Assembly (NCBI GenBank): GCA_016709725.1
Contig: JADJMG010000010.1
Span: 73,490-137,489 of the forward strand
Length of the DNA stretch: 64,000 nt
Direction: 5' to 3'
Source of the DNA: Bacteroidota bacterium
GTDB taxonomy: Bacteria > Bacteroidota > Bacteroidia > AKYH767-A > OLB10
Part shown: positions 28,309 through 38,551 of the stretch, one piece after another
How the letters are laid out: each line of letters starts with the position of its first letter
Numbering within the stretch: position 1 is the first letter of the stretch
Notes under the pieces: model-generated
Database searches by the model: none
What the model was told of the DNA's origin: nothing
The model's input: the letters and a program-made list of their open reading frames with translations, nothing else
Made by a program: the position numbers and the translations under genes

Positions 28309-28713
28309 ATGTATATGAACGAATTTGACAATTCTGGCCGTGAAGCTCATTTCTCTAAAAGAGTGAGAGCAGGAAAGAGAACTTATTATTTCGATGTGAA
28401 AGCTACTCGTGGAAACGATTACTACTTGACCATTACAGAAAGTAAAAGAAAGCCTGGCGAATCAGAAGATCGACCTTTCTTTGAAAAGCATAAATTGTTT
28501 CTTTACAAAGAAGATTTTGATAAATTTACGGAAGGTCTGCACGAAGCTTTAGGATTTATAAAGCAAAAGCGTGAAGGAGAAGAGGGCACATCTACAGAAA
28601 TGTACAGAGAACCATCTTCAACCGAAGAAACTTCATCCAATCATACAACACCAGTATTCGTTGAACAAAACTCAAACTTCACTGATTTGAGTTACGACGA
28701 TCTCGGAAAATAA
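28309..28713 (+). CDS. PUR-alpha-like (DUF3276) nucleic-acid-binding protein
   Basis: 134 aa. The pattern FSKRVRAGKRTYYFDVKATRGNDYYLTITESKR ... KLFLYKEDFDKF matches a PUR repeat. Confidence 0.75.
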   Translation: MYMNEFDNSGREAHFSKRVRAGKRTYYFDVKATRGNDYYLTITESKRKPGESEDRPFFEKHKLFLYKEDFDKFTEGLHEALGFIKQKREGEEGTSTEMYREPSSTEETSSNHTTPVFVEQNSNFTDLSYDDLGK

Positions 28714-28733
28714 TTTCAACCCCTATTGCAAAA

Positions 28734-28767
28734 AACCTTCTCGTCTCGGGAAGGTTTTTTTGTTTGT
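28734..28767 (+). terminator. Rho-independent terminator after the PUR-like gene
   Basis: AACCTTCTCG / CGGGAAGGTT stem followed by a T7 run. Confidence 0.65.
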
Positions 28768-28884
28768 GGAGTTTTAAGTGCTGAATTAAGGTATGAGCAT
28801 TGCAATGATCATCTTTTATATTAAAGGTTTTCACCTTTTAATAGATCTAATATTGGGTAATTAAAACTATAAATTTAGTTTAAC

Positions 28885-28939
28885 TAATTCTTAATTCTTA
28901 ATTCTTAATTCTTAATTCTTAATTCTTAATTCTTAATTC
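28885..28939. repeat. 7-nt tandem repeat TTCTTAA, about 8 copies
   Basis: Near-perfect (TAATTCT)n tract. It overlaps the stop codon and the last codon of the REC-Hpt gene (28933..). Confidence 0.95.
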
Positions 28940-29742
28940 CCTCTCTCCAGCTCCATATTAATCGTCATCACCAATCCATCCAAATCAATTTTCAAACTTT
29001 CGAATTGATGAATAGCTTGATTAAAATCTTGCTGGCTACGGATTCCTTCTGTAAAGTCACTAAATTTTTGTGCGTACGATGCAGTCGTTAACAGTTTAAC
29101 AGGTGATTTTAATTTATGCGCTGCATGAAATGTTTTTTCGTGATTCGCCTCTTGCAACCCATTCCATACATCGTCAATCAATTGAGGTAATTGTTGACTG
29201 AGCATTTTTAAAAAGTGTTGTACGTCGTTTTCGTTATGATTGAAGACCGCATATAATTTTCCAATACCAACAATTTCATTTTGTTCAATATCTTCAAATT
29301 GAAAATCTTTTTTAATCTTCGTGTTTTTAGAAAGCACTTCAAATAAATCCTGCGGACTATAAGGTTTTGTTAAATAATCGTCGATGCCTGCTTTTTTAGC
29401 GTTCTCTCGATCGTCATCGGATGCGTTTGCCGTAAGTGCAATAATGGTAAGATGCGATCCTGCTTTTTCTTCCAAGCGAATTTGATGACTTAATTCGTAC
29501 CCGTTCATTCCTGGCATTTCCACATCGGTAAGCATCACATCAAATTGAAAATTGCGAGTTTTTAAGAGTGCTTCTTCACCGGATCCTGCAATCTCAATGC
29601 TTTGAATACCTAAATTGCTTAAGATTCTTTTTCCTAAAAACTGATTTACTTTATTATCATCCACCAACAACACTCTCAATCCAGCATTGAGCAAAGTTTG
29701 CAGGGGCTTATCATCTTCAATCATTTTATTTTCTTGCATCAA
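28933..29742 (-). CDS. Response-regulator receiver domain fused to an Hpt phosphotransfer domain
   Basis: REC signatures LLVDDN, phospho-acceptor context DVMLTDVEMPGMNG, ALTA and LTKP. The C-terminal Hpt-like histidine is in FHAAHKLKSP. Confidence 0.85.
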   Translation of the reverse strand: MMQENKMIEDDKPLQTLLNAGLRVLLVDDNKVNQFLGKRILSNLGIQSIEIAGSGEEALLKTRNFQFDVMLTDVEMPGMNGYELSHQIRLEEKAGSHLTIIALTANASDDDRENAKKAGIDDYLTKPYSPQDLFEVLSKNTKIKKDFQFEDIEQNEIVGIGKLYAVFNHNENDVQHFLKMLSQQLPQLIDDVWNGLQEANHEKTFHAAHKLKSPVKLLTTASYAQKFSDFTEGIRSQQDFNQAIHQFESLKIDLDGLVMTINMELERGN

Positions 29743-29755
29743 GATTATGTTTGAA

Positions 29756-31405
29756 TTAACGAAGTAATGTAAATGTGCCTAATTTTTTCTTCTTGACTTT
29801 AATTCCTTCGCTATCTAATCCTTGGTAATTGATTCGATAAACATATACTCCAATTGGAGCATCTTGTCCTTCATACGTTCCATCCCATCCTTCTGTAGGA
29901 TCTTCGGTATAAAAAATTTGTTGACCTCTTCGATTAATAATCTTAAAATTGAATAAAGGTGAATTGTTCACATAGGGTCTAAATATATCATTTAGACCAT
30001 CACCATCAGGAGTAAAGGCATTCGGAATGTAAACGGTAGGTTCACAAATTTCTAATACCTCTAAGCTTTTCGATTTTTTACATCCGTTCGCTCGGGTAAT
30101 TTCAACAGAATAAACAGCAGGATATAAAATGGTTATTTCTCTGCTGGTTTCAAAGGTTGGTGTCCACAAATAAGAAAGCGCATCACCAGCATCCAAGGTT
30201 AAACTATCATTGTAAAAAAAGCAATACAATGAATCTTCACCTATATCAATAGGAGGATTTAATAAAAAAGATGGAAATGATATGGAGTCACTTCGTGCAC
30301 ATCCTGTATTCTCCACCGTCACATAATACATTCCCGTATCCGTTACTCCAAGGATAGGAAGTGTATCACCCGTTGACCAAGTATATCTGACTCCATCAAT
30401 CGTAGTTGCATCAAGCAATATAGTGTCTCCTTCGCAGAGTGGAGTATTGGGTCCTAAATCAAAAGAAGGTGGATTAACAATTAATACAGTCACACTATCA
30501 GTACCAAAATCGGTGTTGAGATAATAGGTAGTAGGAGTCGTTGGATTAATTTGAATCGTGGTATCTAAACTTAAAGTGTCATTAGGTGCGCTTTCATCAC
30601 TCCACCAAAAAGGAACATTACAATCGGCAATAAGAGTAGTCGTTTCAGTAGGACAAATGATGGTATCTCCTAAAATATTAATTGTGACATCTACTTTTCG
30701 AACAACAATATCATCAAAAAAGTAATAAGCACTGTTATCGATACTTGTACAATTACTTGCTCTGGTTCCGTAATTTGTTTTTTGCAAAAGAGGGTCGTTA
30801 TCATCTCTAAACAAACCGAGAGTTACATAATTTTCTCCTCCAAAGGCTAAATACATACCGGAAACTAATGTCCAATTATTGGTATCTACAATTTGTGCTG
30901 AGCTCTCCAGTTGTGGCGTAAAAAGTATGGTTCCAGTACCGGGTTGGGTGGGAATATTATTTGAGAGTAACATGCCGAGTGAATTGCATGCAAACCGTGC
31001 ACTGTCGGCAAGTTGAACATAAAATTCTAATTGATAAATTCCGCCTGCTACCATTGGTATAGCCAGTGGAACTGAAATGTATTCACGGTAACCATTTAAT
31101 AAATCAAATTGCAAGCCCATGTAGTTTTTTCCGTTTTTTCGTTCGTCGCAATAACCTGCAACGTTATTCGGAATATTTACAACATCACAAGGGAGGATTG
31201 CACCACTCGATTGATTTCGTACGTATAAATCGGGTGTCCCATTTAAACCTAACCATGGTTGAGCTAAATTCCATTGTCCAGCAGCCGTCGGTGTTCCAAT
31301 GGTGGTTTCAAAACTTGGATTGGGAGCCAAATTTTGTGCATATAACTTTCCACCGATCATCGCCATGATCAATATCCAATAACTCGCAATTACTTTCTTC
31401 CTCAT
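29756..31405 (-). CDS. T9SS type B (gliding motility-associated) C-terminal-domain cargo protein
   Basis: 549 aa with a signal peptide. The C-terminus IPNAFTPDGDGLNDIFRP ... GWDGTYEGQ ... GVYVYRINY ... GTFTLLR is the CHU_C / type B sorting-domain pattern. Confidence 0.85.
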   Translation of the reverse strand: MRKKVIASYWILIMAMIGGKLYAQNLAPNPSFETTIGTPTAAGQWNLAQPWLGLNGTPDLYVRNQSSGAILPCDVVNIPNNVAGYCDERKNGKNYMGLQFDLLNGYREYISVPLAIPMVAGGIYQLEFYVQLADSARFACNSLGMLLSNNIPTQPGTGTILFTPQLESSAQIVDTNNWTLVSGMYLAFGGENYVTLGLFRDDNDPLLQKTNYGTRASNCTSIDNSAYYFFDDIVVRKVDVTINILGDTIICPTETTTLIADCNVPFWWSDESAPNDTLSLDTTIQINPTTPTTYYLNTDFGTDSVTVLIVNPPSFDLGPNTPLCEGDTILLDATTIDGVRYTWSTGDTLPILGVTDTGMYYVTVENTGCARSDSISFPSFLLNPPIDIGEDSLYCFFYNDSLTLDAGDALSYLWTPTFETSREITILYPAVYSVEITRANGCKKSKSLEVLEICEPTVYIPNAFTPDGDGLNDIFRPYVNNSPLFNFKIINRRGQQIFYTEDPTEGWDGTYEGQDAPIGVYVYRINYQGLDSEGIKVKKKKLGTFTLLR

Positions 31406-33366
31406 GGCAATATTTCAATATTTACTATTTCAATTCTTCTTTCCATCGCAGCTTCTTTGCTGTAAATTGATTTTCGAATGTCTTTCACCTGATCACTTAC
31501 GCGCTTGTCAGCATCCTCTTCACCTTTTGGAAGGAAGACAATTTCTAACTTTTTGTCTTGGATCCATTTCTTGAAACGATCATCCTGCCACTTTGCCCAG
31601 TAATTCTCAAGGCTCCGAATTCTACGATTCGACAAAATTAGGTTATAACGCCGTTCTGCCAAAGGACTTGCACTCCCCAAAATGGTTATTTTTAAGCGAG
31701 TTGATGTATTGTTTAGCAAATAGAATAATTGTTCCGTAAACGATCTTAATTTACTGAAATTCAATGCGACAGAATCTTTAAAGAAGATCGAAATCATATT
31801 TTTTAAAGAATCATTCGACTGTTGATCCGAATACTCCTTCATTCTTAAAAGGTAATCAGTCGCTAAATGATCGTATTCTTTATCCGTAATCGATTTATTG
31901 CTTTTTGGATCTGGATAGTCATTGTCGAAGTATAAGCGAATTGGAAAATTGAGTTTGATGGATGAAATTTTGGCTTCTGTGGGGAGGTTTTCAAATAAGC
32001 TACTTGAATCTTTGACAGCAATTACTGAATCATTGGTTAAGATGGAAGTAGTGTCTAAAGATGGCAATATAGGTTGCATTCGAAATATATCGTAACAACA
32101 AGAAGAGCCGTTTAACTTTTCAGCTGGTGGACGATTACTCACTAAAAACGCCTGATGATTTTCACCATAACTGCGTGTATAATATAAATCGTTATAACCA
32201 CTATTGTATGGTGGCGGTAAACACTGAGCGGTATTTTTTTCGATGGATGTAAACCCAATTTGATACAAATCAAGTCCTCCTAATCCGTCATTTTTCTCAG
32301 TTGAATAATACAAACTGTCAATTTCAATATCATAAAATGGCGACCACTCATCATTCTCTGTATTCACCGTTTTTCCAAGATTGATAGGCGACTCATATTG
32401 ATTTTGTGATTTTCGTTTACACATCCACAAATCCATTCCACCCATTCCTCCTAATTTATTACTGCTAAAAAATAGCAAATAGCCTTCCGCTTTGTTGGTT
32501 GTAATATTGGGTTGTGTGGAAGTTCGTCCCGTAGGATTTATTTCCGATGATAATTTAACCGCCTCTTTCCATTTTCCATTTACGAGTTCTGATTCGTACA
32601 ATGCACAATTTAATTTCCCGTTTTCATCAAACAGACATCGCGTAAAAACCATTATTTTTCCATCGGGACTGATGGATGCATTCGCGTCATTGAATGCTGG
32701 CATGTTAATGGATTCAGGAAGAATTTTTGATTTTTCTCTGGATGCCTCATCCGTTTTCATACTTGCAATTCGCGAAGTAGCAGTTTTAACATTTTTTTCA
32801 ATAAGAGTAAAGCGTAGAGATGAGTAGTACAAAAATGAATCACCTAAAGGAGCAGGAGCAAAATCAGAGTAATCCGTATTTACATCACCTGGTTCTGGGT
32901 ACACTTCAATCAAGGCTTTTTTTGCAAAGAGTATTTCTGCATTCTTATAATCGAACAATAATTTATGAAAAGTTGTTTCTTGCGTCGCATCTAAATTTTT
33001 TAAGCTATCAATACTTGCATAAGCAGCAGCGAAATCACCTAATCGTTTTTGTAAATCTGCTTTTTCAAGGAATGCTTTTATCTTGATTTCTTTTTCGGGT
33101 TGATGGGCTATGCAGCGTTGAAACCAAGTAATCGCAGAAGCATAATTATGCAATAATTTTTCAGCGCTTCCCATCTTGAAACAGAGGGAAGCATCTTCAT
33201 CGTATTCTAAGGCCAAGCGATAATTATTTATTCCACAAAAAGGATCATTGCGTTGGATGCATTCATCGCCTGCATTCACATAAGCCAACTTGGATTGAGC
33301 AAAACCTGTTGCTTCCATCAAAAGAAGGATTGCCAATGAACCAAGTAATAATCTCAATTTTTTCAT
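31402..33366 (-). CDS. OmpA-family protein with N-terminal TPR and central PD40/TolB-like repeats
   Basis: Start chosen at MKKLRLLLG (33366). TPR-like N-terminus and SPDGKIMVF-type PD40 repeats. The C-terminal OmpA-like segment has ILGSASPLAERRYNLILSNRRIRSL. Confidence 0.75.
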   Translation of the reverse strand: MKKLRLLLGSLAILLLMEATGFAQSKLAYVNAGDECIQRNDPFCGINNYRLALEYDEDASLCFKMGSAEKLLHNYASAITWFQRCIAHQPEKEIKIKAFLEKADLQKRLGDFAAAYASIDSLKNLDATQETTFHKLLFDYKNAEILFAKKALIEVYPEPGDVNTDYSDFAPAPLGDSFLYYSSLRFTLIEKNVKTATSRIASMKTDEASREKSKILPESINMPAFNDANASISPDGKIMVFTRCLFDENGKLNCALYESELVNGKWKEAVKLSSEINPTGRTSTQPNITTNKAEGYLLFFSSNKLGGMGGMDLWMCKRKSQNQYESPINLGKTVNTENDEWSPFYDIEIDSLYYSTEKNDGLGGLDLYQIGFTSIEKNTAQCLPPPYNSGYNDLYYTRSYGENHQAFLVSNRPPAEKLNGSSCCYDIFRMQPILPSLDTTSILTNDSVIAVKDSSSLFENLPTEAKISSIKLNFPIRLYFDNDYPDPKSNKSITDKEYDHLATDYLLRMKEYSDQQSNDSLKNMISIFFKDSVALNFSKLRSFTEQLFYLLNNTSTRLKITILGSASPLAERRYNLILSNRRIRSLENYWAKWQDDRFKKWIQDKKLEIVFLPKGEEDADKRVSDQVKDIRKSIYSKEAAMERRIEIVNIEILP

Positions 33367-34379
33367 TAGTACACAGGACAAATTACATGTTTTTGTGGAC
33401 GAGCTTTTATGTTTTTTGTGAAGTAAACCAAACTGAATTCAGGTCCACCTCGACCATTGTTCACCGTTTTGAGTGCCGAAGTTGTTACATCATAAGAGAA
33501 TCCAATTCTAAATTTATTCCAATACACGGCTACAAATGGAATGAGCGCATCGTCCCAACGATCATTGAGTCCAATTCCAAAAGCATAATTTTTTCGAGTC
33601 TCTTGCATCAAATCTATTTTCAATTCAGCGCCAAAATTAAGTGCACGATATTCTTGTTGCATCATAAATACAGCAGAAGGTAAAAGCGTTAAATTGGAAT
33701 TTAATTTAAAAGTAGGTGTAGTGTGCATTTGCCATAGAACAGGTCTACGCACTTTTTCTGAATAAAAACTTTGATTAGGTCGATTGATATGTGTTGATGA
33801 AAATCCAACATCCCAAGAATAATTCTCTCTAACCATTTCCCAACCCAATCCAAATCCTAGATCCATCCAAGTAACTTTCTCTCCAGCGCCGTTTTCTCCT
33901 GATGGCGCAAGGGGATCCCAAGAGTCTCCGTTGAATTGATTGTCGAAAGTTAATTTGCTAAAATCCACACTGCGTTGACTTCCTCCAAGCATAATTCCTG
34001 CTCTTAAAAAATGTGTGGAATCACTGTTGATGGGTTTAGTAAAAGAGGTAAAAAGTCGAATGTCAAGCGTACGCATTTGTCCATCACCAGCATCATCATG
34101 ATTGATGAGGAGACCAGCACCTAATCCTTTGAGTCGATCATTAAGCATCGTTAGCTTTAAATCTCCACCCAATGAAATTGTTTTATATGGTACGGTAACG
34201 GAATTCCATTGTCGACGAAGCATTCCATTTAATCGCAAATCAGCAGGAAAATTTCCAGCATTAGAGGGATTTAAGTTTAGCGCTGAATGTGGAAATTGAG
34301 AAAAGTGAATATCCTGTCCATTCATCTCTAAAGTAGAGAAGAATAAAATTATGAGTGATATGTAATAATACTTTTTCAC
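33366..34379 (-). CDS. Type IX secretion system membrane protein, PorP/SprF family
   Basis: 337 aa with the N-terminal hallmark GQDIHFSQF...LNLNPSNAG and beta-barrel-like periodicity. It directly abuts the upstream type B cargo gene. Confidence 0.9.
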   Translation of the reverse strand: MKKYYYISLIILFFSTLEMNGQDIHFSQFPHSALNLNPSNAGNFPADLRLNGMLRRQWNSVTVPYKTISLGGDLKLTMLNDRLKGLGAGLLINHDDAGDGQMRTLDIRLFTSFTKPINSDSTHFLRAGIMLGGSQRSVDFSKLTFDNQFNGDSWDPLAPSGENGAGEKVTWMDLGFGLGWEMVRENYSWDVGFSSTHINRPNQSFYSEKVRRPVLWQMHTTPTFKLNSNLTLLPSAVFMMQQEYRALNFGAELKIDLMQETRKNYAFGIGLNDRWDDALIPFVAVYWNKFRIGFSYDVTTSALKTVNNGRGGPEFSLVYFTKNIKARPQKHVICPVY

Positions 34380-36758
34380 TTATCGTATCAAACTTATATT
34401 ACCTTTTTTTCTAAACTCTGCTTGGTTATAACAGGTAGCCTCTACGTAATAAACATACACATCCGGTGCCAGCAATTTTCCTTGATAGGTACCATCCCAT
34501 CCTAGGTAAGTGCTATTCGTTTCAAATACTTTTTCTCCCCATCTGTCGTAGATGGCTAAGTATACTTTTTCGATGGTGTTTCCTCTCACGAATAAAACAT
34601 CATTTTGAAGATCATTGTTTGGTGAAAAAGCAGAAGGGATAAATATTTCCGGTTCGGCGCAAAGCACTTCAATCACTTGTATGGTGATGGTATCTTCTGC
34701 AGTACAACCATTGGCATCGGTGGCAATCACCGTGTAGGTTGTCGTTGTGGATGGTGTTGCTAGAGGATGTTGAATATTATCATCATTTAATGAAGGCGTC
34801 GGTGTCCATTGAAATTGTATTCCTCCGGCAGGAATAATTCCATGTAGAGAAGTAGATTGCCCTTGATACAGAATCGTAGTATCAGCAGTTGCATCAACTG
34901 TGGGAAATGAATCTACATAAATTACAATGACTTGATCTTGGATAGTACAACCTAATTGATCGGTAACTACTACTGAAAGTGTATCAGGACATAATCCTGT
35001 AGCAGTAGCAGTGTTTTGATTCTGTGGATCACTCCACGAATAAGTATAATTGCCGTTTCCTCCAGCAGTAGTTACGGTAGCTTGTCCAGCACAAATGCCC
35101 CCGCAGTAATCGGGGAGTGAAGTCATCGAAAGGGACAAGGGCAAAGGTTGTGAAATTTGCACCGATGTATTTACTGTACATCCTCGGCTATCCGTCACCG
35201 TTACATTGTAGTTGCCAATACAAAGGCTGTCGGCGGCATTCGTGTTTTGTAAAAGGGGATCATTCCATTGATAAGAAAACGGCGGCCATCCATTCAAAGG
35301 ATTCGCCGTTGCTACACCGTTACATTCTCCATAACAGCGAACCCCTTGATTATTGATGGTTGAGTTCAGTTTTGGAAAGATGGTAATTGGATTTGTAATG
35401 GTATCAATGCATCCCCTCGTAGAAGTAGCAATCAGTGAAACCAAAAAATTACCTGATGTGTTATATTGATAAATGGGATCTGTGACGGTTGCGGTTCCAC
35501 CATCTCCAAAATTCCAATTCCATTGCGTACTTACACCGCTAATACTATTGGAAGTGTCATTAAAAGAAATTGTATTTGAACAGGTGTCCATGGTAAAAGT
35601 AAATGAGGGTGTATAGTCAGGTAAAATTGTTACGGTTCCGGTAGTAGTATCTGTGCAAGTGGGATCTAAATTAGAGTAAGCTATCAATGTTACAGTATAA
35701 ACACCTGTATCAGGATAAACGAAAGTGGGAGAAAATAAATTAGACGTGTCGGTAGTGCTGGATGTCAATCCAAAATCCCAATGATAAGTTCCTGCATTGA
35801 AACTAAAATTTTGAAACGTAACTGAATTACTGCCACAACGAATTAACGGATTTTGTAAAGCAGCAACAACCAAAGTCGGACAAGGGACAACGTTCAGTTG
35901 AAAATCTCTACGTGTATAACCAACTAAGATTCCATTTCTAAATTCCTTTGCTCTAACACCTACTACAAATTGCCCTAATGTGGTTGGAAATGCAGTGAGT
36001 AAACCTGTAGCTGGATCTATGGAAAATGGAGGTGTACCCCCAAGCATATCAGTTTGAGAGTAGGGGAATGCAAAAGTCACATTTACATAGGGAGGAGCTG
36101 CCGGTGGTTGAGGCATGGGAAGACCAGCAGTAGCCCCATCAAACGGCGTGACTAATTCATATAAAATGGAATCTCCTTCAAAATCGAATGCTGAATGATC
36201 GAAAATAAATGGTGTCCCAGCACAAACAAAAGGTGGTGGCCAATTATTGAATACGGGATTACTGTTTTGAGAAAATGTATTCGTTCCAGCTATCCATGCT
36301 TCATACGTTGCACCGACATCACTTGGTGTTATAATATTTAAAATAGTCATGTTTCGACAACATCGTTGATAAGATAAAATATACCCTCCGCTGGAAGGCG
36401 GCAATACGATAGTATCCGTATAAGTAGTTACTTCATAACAAACATCTAAAGGAGGAAGGAAACAAGGCGAGTTAACAGTAGGCGGGACGGTATCTAGCGA
36501 TGTGAAATTGAAAAATTTTTGACGAATAAAAAGATTCGTCAATGCATCAAAGACACCTACGGAAGCAGGGTTATCAAATGGGGGAACTCCATTATAACAA
36601 TCACGATATACCGTTAAATTGATTTGGTAAATGTTATTTCCAAGATATTTGTAATTCAACTCGCCACCTACAATGTGTGTAGCCGTACTCTGATATGGGA
36701 GTGCAAATCCTGTGATCAACAGAACTAAAAATATTTTCAGAAACCGCTTCAGAAACAT
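34380..36758 (-). CDS. T9SS type B C-terminal-domain adhesin-like protein with PKD/Ig-like repeats
   Basis: 792 aa. Cys-rich N-terminal module (HIVGGELNYKYLG..YRDC ... CCRN ... DFEGDSILYELV ... RNGILVGYTRRDFQLNV), PKD-like repeats, and the C-terminus IPSAFSPNNDLQND ... GWDGTYQG ... VYVYYV ... GNISLIR. Confidence 0.9.
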   Translation of the reverse strand: MFLKRFLKIFLVLLITGFALPYQSTATHIVGGELNYKYLGNNIYQINLTVYRDCYNGVPPFDNPASVGVFDALTNLFIRQKFFNFTSLDTVPPTVNSPCFLPPLDVCYEVTTYTDTIVLPPSSGGYILSYQRCCRNMTILNIITPSDVGATYEAWIAGTNTFSQNSNPVFNNWPPPFVCAGTPFIFDHSAFDFEGDSILYELVTPFDGATAGLPMPQPPAAPPYVNVTFAFPYSQTDMLGGTPPFSIDPATGLLTAFPTTLGQFVVGVRAKEFRNGILVGYTRRDFQLNVVPCPTLVVAALQNPLIRCGSNSVTFQNFSFNAGTYHWDFGLTSSTTDTSNLFSPTFVYPDTGVYTVTLIAYSNLDPTCTDTTTGTVTILPDYTPSFTFTMDTCSNTISFNDTSNSISGVSTQWNWNFGDGGTATVTDPIYQYNTSGNFLVSLIATSTRGCIDTITNPITIFPKLNSTINNQGVRCYGECNGVATANPLNGWPPFSYQWNDPLLQNTNAADSLCIGNYNVTVTDSRGCTVNTSVQISQPLPLSLSMTSLPDYCGGICAGQATVTTAGGNGNYTYSWSDPQNQNTATATGLCPDTLSVVVTDQLGCTIQDQVIVIYVDSFPTVDATADTTILYQGQSTSLHGIIPAGGIQFQWTPTPSLNDDNIQHPLATPSTTTTYTVIATDANGCTAEDTITIQVIEVLCAEPEIFIPSAFSPNNDLQNDVLFVRGNTIEKVYLAIYDRWGEKVFETNSTYLGWDGTYQGKLLAPDVYVYYVEATCYNQAEFRKKGNISLIR

Positions 36759-36829
36759 TACTCAATATTAAGGAAAATCAGCCTTTATATCTGGACTTTT
36801 CTGTAAAAATATTTCAACAAGGAAAAAGA

Positions 36830-37443
36830 CTATTTCACTTTTACGGATAAAACCTTTTCCTCCTCTAACCAAGCTTCCAAATGATCTCCCTTTTTCACGG
36901 GTCCTACTCCCGCAGGAGTCCCAGTGAAGATCAAGTCACCGATCTTTAAAGTGAAATAAGTGGAAACAAAAGCAATGATTTTATCGACACTAAAGATCAT
37001 ATTCGCTGTATGACCTTCTTGCTTGGTTTCTCCATTTAATTTCATGCGGAAATGAAGATCTTGAATGGGTTTTTGCAGCGTTTCTAAAGGAGTGAAATTT
37101 CCCAAGGGTGCGGAGCCATCAAATCCTTTAGCGAGTTCCCACGGAAGACCTTTCGTTTTTAGCTGACTCTGTACATCACGCGCTGTAAAGTCAATGCCTA
37201 AAGTGATTTCTTGATAATAGCGATGCGCAAATTTTTCGTCAATATGTTTTCCGAGTTTGCAAATTTTTACCACTAATTCGGTTTCATAGTGTAAATCATT
37301 CGAAAAGGAAGGATAAAAGAAGGGTTGCTTATTTGGAATTAGGGCTGTTTCTGGTTTTAAAAAATGACTGGACTTTCTTCTACAGCATTGTTTAATTCCT
37401 TGGCATGAGCCTCATAGTTTCGTCCTACACAAATTATTTTCAT
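36830..37443 (-). pseudogene. Fumarylacetoacetate hydrolase (FAH) family protein, frame-broken
   Basis: The N-terminal part MKIICVGRNYEAHAKELNNAVEESPVIF stops at a TAA. The next frame continues LKPETALIPNKQPFFYPSFSNDLHYETELVVKIC into the 147-aa ORF. Adding 1 nt to the A6 run at 37359..37364 (T-run on the coding strand) restores one about 204-aa ORF. Confidence 0.8.
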
Positions 37444-37450
37444 GACTGAA

Positions 37451-38500
37451 TCAGCTAAAGTTATTAGAGGGTAAATCCTTAAAGTGTTTTATCTTATTAA
37501 TAAAATATTCGACGACGATACTCTTTCCATAGATACCCCTTGAAGGATGTTTCACAACAAGTTTTTGTTGCTTTCGGCGTTTTGAGAGGTTGCGTAATAC
37601 ATATCTATAAAAAGAAAGGTGGGATTTAAATACGGCATATGTATCTTTGATATCGCCGTCAAAAAGAAATTTTATTCCTGCTAAACCATCCAAAAAAAGC
37701 CGTGCCGGAATCAACAAAATAAGTTGATTTCCTGGTAAATTTTTGAATAGCATGAATAAGTTATTTCTAAAATTGTAATAGGTTTTTCTTGGATTGTTTT
37801 TCGGTAAGGTTCCTCCTCCCACATGATACACTTGACTTTCAGGTACAACATATATTTCTTTCCCTGCTTGTTGAATTCTCCAGCATAAATCAATTTCTTC
37901 CATGTGTGCGAAGAAGTCATCATCAAACCCTCCTTGTTCATGAAATACCTTTGAGCGGATGAATAAACAAGCGCCAGTTGCCCAAAATACACGTTGAATA
38001 CTATCATATTGTCCATGATCTGTTTCCAACATGTTCATAATTCTTCCTCTACAAAATGGATATCCTAAATAGTCAATATAGCCGCCTGCAGCTCCTGCAT
38101 GTTCAAATAAATCGCGATCTTGATAGGATTTAATTTTGGGTTGGCAAGCTGCAGCATCTGGATGATTATCCATGAAAGTAATTAAAGGTTCCAGCCAATT
38201 TTCTGTTACTTCAACATCTGAATTTAGCAGTACATAATACTCTTCTTTTATTCCTTTTAATCCGCGATTGTAGCCCCCTGTAAAACCATAGTTCTTGTCG
38301 AGTTGTATAATTTCGATATAGGGAAAATGCTGGGTTAGCAATGAAATTGAATTGTCGGAAGAAGCATTATCAATAATGACTATTCTTGAAAGTGAATTGC
38401 TATATCGAATTACTTCAGGAAGAAATTTTTCCAAAAAATCTTTTCCGTTCCAGTTAAGTATGACAATGGCAATTCTTTTCACGGGCTTTCTTAAATACAC
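37451..38500 (-). CDS. Family 2 glycosyltransferase
   Basis: 349 aa with IAIVILNWNG, IIDNASSD, NYGFTGGYNRG, LLNSDVEV and the DxD-like region EEIDLCWR. Confidence 0.9.
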   Translation of the reverse strand: MYLRKPVKRIAIVILNWNGKDFLEKFLPEVIRYSNSLSRIVIIDNASSDNSISLLTQHFPYIEIIQLDKNYGFTGGYNRGLKGIKEEYYVLLNSDVEVTENWLEPLITFMDNHPDAAACQPKIKSYQDRDLFEHAGAAGGYIDYLGYPFCRGRIMNMLETDHGQYDSIQRVFWATGACLFIRSKVFHEQGGFDDDFFAHMEEIDLCWRIQQAGKEIYVVPESQVYHVGGGTLPKNNPRKTYYNFRNNLFMLFKNLPGNQLILLIPARLFLDGLAGIKFLFDGDIKDTYAVFKSHLSFYRYVLRNLSKRRKQQKLVVKHPSRGIYGKSIVVEYFINKIKHFKDLPSNNFS

Positions 38501-38551
38501 AGAGCCGGAATTACCGGCTCTGCAAAAATATCATAATAAATGGGAATAGTC

